Source: Bacillota bacterium (lineage in GTDB: Bacteria; Bacillota; Sulfobacillia; UBA8153). Taken from it: a stretch of 64,000 bases of DNA. Under the pieces are notes generated by a model that had not been told where the DNA came from, ran no database searches, and saw nothing but the letters and a program-made list of their open reading frames with translations. Made by a program: the position numbers and the translations under genes. Positions 59,662 to 64,000 of this stretch are shown here, one piece after another. Each line of letters starts with the position of its first letter. Position 1 is the first letter of the stretch. The stretch lies in NCBI GenBank assembly GCA_040756655.1, contig JBFLYN010000010.1, positions 1,068 through 65,067 of the forward strand. The letters run 5' to 3'.

Positions 59662-60741
59662 TTGAGTATCTTTGACCGGATGGAGCGCGATGGCCACGAG
59701 CAGCTGGTCTTCTGCCGGGACAGGTCCACGCGGCTTAGGATGATCATAGGCATCCACGACACCACCCTGGGCCCGGCCCTGGGCGGGTGCCGGATGTGGC
59801 CTTACCAAACTGAAGAGGAAGCCATAGTGGATGTCCTGAGGCTCTCCCGGGGGATGACCTTCAAGTCGGCCGCATCGGGCCAGGACTACGGTGGGGGCAA
59901 AGCCGTGGTCTGGGGCGACCCCGCCCACGACAAGAGCGAAGCGTTATTCCGTGCCCTGGGGCAGTTCGTTGCCAGCCTCCAGGGTCGTTTCATTACTGGC
60001 ACCGACGTGGGCACCACAGCCTGGGATTTCGTCTGGGCTCGCCAGGAGACTGAGCACTTGGTGGCGCTGCCTGAGGCTTTTGGGGGCAGCGGGGACTCGT
60101 CGGTCACCACCGCCTTCGGGGTGTGGAAGGGGATCAAGGCTTGTGCCAAGGAGGCATACGGCGACGACAGGTTGGAGGGTCGCACCGTGGCCATTCAGGG
60201 CGTGGGCAAGGTGGGCTATCACCTGGCACGCTACCTCCACGAAGACGGTGCCGGCCTCATAGTGTGCGATCTTGACCCCCGGCGGGCCAATCGGGCCGCC
60301 GCAGAATTCGGAGCCCGTGTGGTGCACCCAGACGAGGTTATGGCCGTATCCTGCGATGTCTTTTCTCCCAATGCCCTGGGTGCGGTGCTTGACGACCACA
60401 CCATCCCCCGTTTGCGATGCCAGATCGTGGCCGGGTCGGCCAACAACCAGCTGGCCGACGCGCACCGCCACTCCGCCATGCTGGATGCCCGGGGTATACT
60501 CTACGCCCCGGATTACGTGATCAACGCCGGAGGTCTTATCCAGGTATGCGACGAGCTGCTCGGGTTCGACCGCGACCGGGCCATGCGCCGGACTGCCGCT
60601 ATTTATGACCTTTTGCTGACCATCTTTGCCATTGCTCGCCAGCGAGGGATCTGTACGGACCGGGCTGCCGGCATCATGGTGGAAGAACGCCTGGAGCTTA
60701 TGGGGAAGCTCAAGCGCATGGACCTAGCCCGAGGATGGTGA
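59662..60741 (+). CDS. leucine (branched-chain amino acid) dehydrogenase, copy 1
   Basis: Glu/Leu/Phe/Val dehydrogenase family: active-site K in GGGKAVVWGDP; NAD Rossmann GVGKVGYHLARYL. Confidence 0.85.
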   Translation: MSIFDRMERDGHEQLVFCRDRSTRLRMIIGIHDTTLGPALGGCRMWPYQTEEEAIVDVLRLSRGMTFKSAASGQDYGGGKAVVWGDPAHDKSEALFRALGQFVASLQGRFITGTDVGTTAWDFVWARQETEHLVALPEAFGGSGDSSVTTAFGVWKGIKACAKEAYGDDRLEGRTVAIQGVGKVGYHLARYLHEDGAGLIVCDLDPRRANRAAAEFGARVVHPDEVMAVSCDVFSPNALGAVLDDHTIPRLRCQIVAGSANNQLADAHRHSAMLDARGILYAPDYVINAGGLIQVCDELLGFDRDRAMRRTAAIYDLLLTIFAIARQRGICTDRAAGIMVEERLELMGKLKRMDLARGW

Positions 60742-60751
60742 ACTGCTGACC

Positions 60752-61804
60752 ATGCTGATCCTGGTGATCAACCCCGGCTCGGCCAGTACCAAGGTGGCCC
60801 TCTACCGACGGGACCAGTGCCTGGCCCGGGAAACTCTTTTCCATAGCGAGGAGGAACTGGCGGCGGGTTCGCAGCTGGACGCGCGGGGCCGGGCGGTGAG
60901 GGCCTTTCTGGCGGCCAGCGGCACGCCGCTCTCCCGGGTGACGGCCATCGCGGCCCGGGGTGGGCTGCTGGGGCCAGTAAGAGGCGGAACCTACCGGGTC
61001 AACGGCGCCATGTTGGAGGACCTGGCGGCGGCCCGGCGTGGTCACCACGCCAGCAACCTGGGAGGTCTTATAGCCGCGGAACTGGCCAGGGAAGCGCACT
61101 GCCCGGCCTACGTGGTGGACCCGGTTTCCGTGGACGAACTGGAGCCATGGGCCCGGGTCAGCGGGTGGAAGGAGCTGGAACGGCAAAGCCTGTTCCATGC
61201 CCTGAACTCCCGGGCCGTGGCCCGGTGCGCCGCCCGGGAACTGGGCAAGAGCTACGGTGAGGTCAACCTGATCGTAGCCCACCTGGGCAGCGGCATCTCG
61301 GTGAGCGCCCACCGGCGGGGCCGGGTAGTGGATGTGGCCAACCCCAACGACGAAGGACCTTTTTCCACCGAGCGTTCGGGCGGCCTTCCCGCCCGGCAGG
61401 TGATCGCCCTGGCACTGGCAGGCAGCGAGGAGAATTGCGAGTTCACCACCCGGGGCGGCCTGTACGGGTACCTGGGAACCCGGGACGCCACGGAAGTGGA
61501 AAAGCGCATCCGGGCGGGCGACGGGTATGCGGCGCTAGTGTACCGAGCGCTGGCCTACCAGGTGGCCCGGGAGATCGGTGCCATGGCCGCAGTGCTTTTT
61601 GGTCAAGTGGACGCAGTGGTGCTCACTGGAGGCCTGGCCTGGTCCGAACTGCTTACCACGCATATTGTCAATCAGATTGGCTTCATGGCGCTGATATTGC
61701 GCTATCCCGGCGAAAATGAGATGGAAGCGTTGGCCCTGGGTGTAGTGCGGGTGCTGGAGGGCGAGGAGGAACCCGGGATATACGGCGCTGGCCCGGCCGA
61801 CTAG
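60752..61804 (+). CDS. buk: butyrate (branched-chain acyl) kinase, copy 1
   Basis: ASKHA N-terminus MLILVINPGSASTKVALY. Confidence 0.85.
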   Translation: MLILVINPGSASTKVALYRRDQCLARETLFHSEEELAAGSQLDARGRAVRAFLAASGTPLSRVTAIAARGGLLGPVRGGTYRVNGAMLEDLAAARRGHHASNLGGLIAAELAREAHCPAYVVDPVSVDELEPWARVSGWKELERQSLFHALNSRAVARCAARELGKSYGEVNLIVAHLGSGISVSAHRRGRVVDVANPNDEGPFSTERSGGLPARQVIALALAGSEENCEFTTRGGLYGYLGTRDATEVEKRIRAGDGYAALVYRALAYQVAREIGAMAAVLFGQVDAVVLTGGLAWSELLTTHIVNQIGFMALILRYPGENEMEALALGVVRVLEGEEEPGIYGAGPAD

Positions 61805-61818
61805 AGAGGAGCCCAGAC

Positions 61819-62745
61819 ATGATCAGGACTTTCGATGAACTGCTCAACGTGGTGCAGAAGCGGCAACCAGACCGGGTGGCCATTGCGGCGGCCGGGGATG
61901 TGGAGGCCCTGGAGGCTCTGAAGGAAGCGTCAGATTCGGGCCTGGCCACCGGCATTCTCATTGGTGATCCTGGCGAGATCGGGAGGTGCGCCGACCTGGT
62001 GGGCCTGGATCTTTCCGACCAGGAACTGGTGTCCGAACGGGACCCGGAAGCCGCCGCCCGGCTGGCGGTGCAGGCAGTGCGCAGCGGCCAGGCCAACGTG
62101 CTCATGAAAGGCCGGCTGCAGACTGCCGACCTTCTACGCGCGGCCCTCGACCGGGAGCGGGGACTGCGTACGGGCCGGCCCCTGAGCCACGTCGCAGTCA
62201 TGGAACTCAAAGATGAACATCGGCTCATCCTGGTCACCGATGGGGGAGTGAACATAGCCCCGGACGTGGCCAGGAAAGCGCAGATCATCGACAATGCCGT
62301 GGTGGTGGCCCACAAGCTGGGGATGACCCTGCCGCGGGTCGCGGTGCTGGCGGCCGTGGAAGTCATCAACCCGGAGATGCCGGCTACCATCGACGCGGCC
62401 ATGCTGGCCAAAATGGCCGACCGCCGGCAGATACGCAACGCCATCGTAGACGGCCCCTTGGCCCTGGACGTGGCCATCTCCAGGGAGGCGGCAGAACACA
62501 AAGGGCTCACCAGCCCGGTGGGCGGGCAGGCGGACATCCTGGTGGCTCCCAACATCGAGGCTGGAAACATACTGGTCAAATCCCTGCAGTATTTTGCCGG
62601 TGCCACCATGGCGGGCGTGGTGGTGGGAGCGCAGGTGCCCATAGTGGTGCTGTCCCGGGCAGACCGGGCCGAGAGCAAGCTTCTGTCTATAGCGTTGGCC
62701 AAGTACCTCGTGGAACCCAATGACGGTCTTACGGGAAGGGGGTAG
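61819..62745 (+). CDS. ptb: phosphate butyryltransferase / phosphotransacylase
   Basis: Pta/Ptb family similarity; sits between the two kinase/dehydrogenase units. Confidence 0.85.
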   Translation: MIRTFDELLNVVQKRQPDRVAIAAAGDVEALEALKEASDSGLATGILIGDPGEIGRCADLVGLDLSDQELVSERDPEAAARLAVQAVRSGQANVLMKGRLQTADLLRAALDRERGLRTGRPLSHVAVMELKDEHRLILVTDGGVNIAPDVARKAQIIDNAVVVAHKLGMTLPRVAVLAAVEVINPEMPATIDAAMLAKMADRRQIRNAIVDGPLALDVAISREAAEHKGLTSPVGGQADILVAPNIEAGNILVKSLQYFAGATMAGVVVGAQVPIVVLSRADRAESKLLSIALAKYLVEPNDGLTGRG

Positions 62746-62749
62746 CAGC

Positions 62750-63820
62750 ATGGAGATCTTCAAGCTCATGGAGGAGCATGGGCACGAACAGCTGGTGTTT
62801 TGCCGTGACCGGGTCTCGGGATTGAGGGCCATCATCGGCATCCACGACACCACCTTGGGCCCGGGCCTGGGAGGGACCCGCATGTGGCCGTACCCGAGCG
62901 AAGAGGAAGCCATCGTTGATGTGCTCAGGCTGTCGGAAGGTATGACCTACAAGAATGCCGCCATGGGGCTGAATTTCGGCGGCGGCAAGGCCGTGATCAT
63001 CGGGGATGCCCGCAAGGACAAAAGCGAGGTGCTGTTTAGGGCCTTTGGGAAGTTCGTGCAGAGCCTGGGCGGCCGGTACATCACTGCCGAGGACGTGGGC
63101 ATCAGCGCATCAGACATGACCATCGTGCGGGCCGAGACCCGCCACGTGGCCGGGTTGCCCGAGACCAGCGGGGACCCATCGCCCGCCACGGCATTTGGGG
63201 TGTACCGAGGCATGAAGGCATGTGCCCTCCAGGTGTTTGGCTCCGAGAGTCTCAAAGGCAAGGTCGTGGCCCTGCAGGGCATGGGGCATGTCGGGAGTTG
63301 TCTGGCCCAGCACCTCCACGACGAAGGTGCCCGGCTGATAGTCAGCGATATCTACCCGGACCGGCTGGAAGTTGCGAAAAAGCAGTTTGAGGCCCAGGTT
63401 GTGGAACCCGATGCCATCTACGATGTGGAGTGCGACATCTTCTCTCCCAACGCCTTGGGGTCAGTAGTGAATGACCATACCATAGACCGCCTTAGATGCA
63501 GAATCGTAGCCGGCGCTGCCAACAACCAGCTGGCCACGCCCCACCATGGCCGGCTCTTATCTGAGCGAGGGATCCTTTATGCACCTGACTTTGTGATCAA
63601 TGGCGGCGGGGTCACCAATGTGGCCGACGAGTTCGGCCCAGGTGGGTATAACCGGACTCGTGCCTACGCGCGCATCTCCCAGATCTACGACAAAGTCCTG
63701 GAGGTGTTGAGCATCAGCCAGCGTGACGGGATCTACCCCCACGAAGCCGCTCATGTCCTGGCCCAGGAAAGGCTGGCCACCATGGGCCAGCTGAAAAGGA
63801 TGCACCTACCAAGATCCTGA
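62750..63820 (+). CDS. leucine (branched-chain amino acid) dehydrogenase, copy 2 (paralog)
   Basis: Same family as 59662-60741 (MEIFKLMEEHGHEQLVFCRD..., GGGKAVIIGD); start at the internal ATG with GGGAAGGGGGTAG RBS. Confidence 0.85.
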   Translation: MEIFKLMEEHGHEQLVFCRDRVSGLRAIIGIHDTTLGPGLGGTRMWPYPSEEEAIVDVLRLSEGMTYKNAAMGLNFGGGKAVIIGDARKDKSEVLFRAFGKFVQSLGGRYITAEDVGISASDMTIVRAETRHVAGLPETSGDPSPATAFGVYRGMKACALQVFGSESLKGKVVALQGMGHVGSCLAQHLHDEGARLIVSDIYPDRLEVAKKQFEAQVVEPDAIYDVECDIFSPNALGSVVNDHTIDRLRCRIVAGAANNQLATPHHGRLLSERGILYAPDFVINGGGVTNVADEFGPGGYNRTRAYARISQIYDKVLEVLSISQRDGIYPHEAAHVLAQERLATMGQLKRMHLPRS

Positions 63821-63837
63821 CGGAAGGAAGGTTGCCC

Positions 63838-64000
63838 GTGTCCCAAAAAGACCAGGTGGTGCTGGTGATCAACCCCGGTTCCACCAGCACCAAGCTGGCT
63901 CTGTGCACTCGTACCGCAACCGTGCTGGCGACAAAAGTGGAGCACCCAACCGCCCAGCTGCAGTCGTTTCCCACGGTGGCATCGCAATTTTCGTGGCGGC
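63838..64000 (+). CDS. butyrate kinase, copy 2 (5' fragment, continues beyond the window)
   Basis: GTG start; N-terminus QVVLVINPGSTSTKLAL parallels copy 1. Confidence 0.7.
   Translation, partial: MSQKDQVVLVINPGSTSTKLALCTRTATVLATKVEHPTAQLQSFPTVASQFSWR

Noticed and set aside
61683-62720. 345-aa minus-strand ORF
   Set aside because: Antisense to ptb; Ser/Ala/Arg-rich artefact.
1-64000. CRISPR arrays, tRNA/rRNA genes, transposases/integrases, toxin-antitoxin or restriction-modification genes
   Set aside because: Inspection found no regularly spaced direct repeats, no tRNA-like T-arm/anticodon structures in the intergenic regions, and no ORF with recombinase, DDE, PIN or methyltransferase motifs. 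Apart from its inserts the window looks like conserved core chromosome.

Overview
High-GC (~65-68%) chromosomal segment from a sporulating, probably thermophilic, Firmicutes/Clostridia-type organism. Nearly all genes are on the + strand and packed tightly, with many ATGA/GTGA start-stop overlaps and frequent GTG/TTG starts. Gene order over about 30 kb matches the Bacillus subtilis yqh-yqi region (pepP-efp-spoIIIAA..AH-asp23-nusB-folD-xseAB-ispA-dxs-tlyA-nadK-argR-recN-spoIVB-spo0A-bkdR-ptb/bcd/buk), interrupted by lineage-specific inserts. Main content in order: a YqeG-like HAD phosphatase; degS/degU; a Mo-bisPGD oxidoreductase plus a threonine-synthase-like enzyme; a TPR protein and an SLH surface protein; a complete Tad/Flp pilus locus (cpaB-cpaE-cpaF-tadB-tadC-flp-tadE-tadG) including a 58-aa Flp pilin missing from the ORF track; a DUF1906 hydrolase-like protein; a NYN/OST-HTH protein; a tandem glycine riboswitch driving gcvT-gcvH-gcvPA-gcvPB; two radical-SAM (CX3CX2C) genes followed by an LplA-family ligase and lpdA, which looks like a LipS1/LipS2-type lipoate pathway; an AbrB-like regulator; pepP-efp; an acidic zinc-ribbon protein; the spoIIIAA-AH operon; a GNAT + polysaccharide deacetylase insert; the asp23/amaP/DUF2273 operon; nusB; nfnAB-like; folD-xseA-xseB-ispA. 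Between ispA and dxs lies a roughly 630-nt ORF-free transcribed region followed by a small membrane protein, which I identify as OLE RNA plus oapA. Downstream are dxs-tlyA-nadK-argR-recN, spoIVB, spo0A, a steA-like/membrane/GT2/GT4 module, and a sigma-54 activator (BkdR-like) with a -24/-12 promoter driving a duplicated leucine-dehydrogenase/butyrate-kinase/phosphotransbutyrylase operon. No CRISPR array, rRNA/tRNA gene or obvious transposase was found. The candidates most worth follow-up are the OLE RNA locus, the LipS-like radical-SAM pair and the Tad locus.
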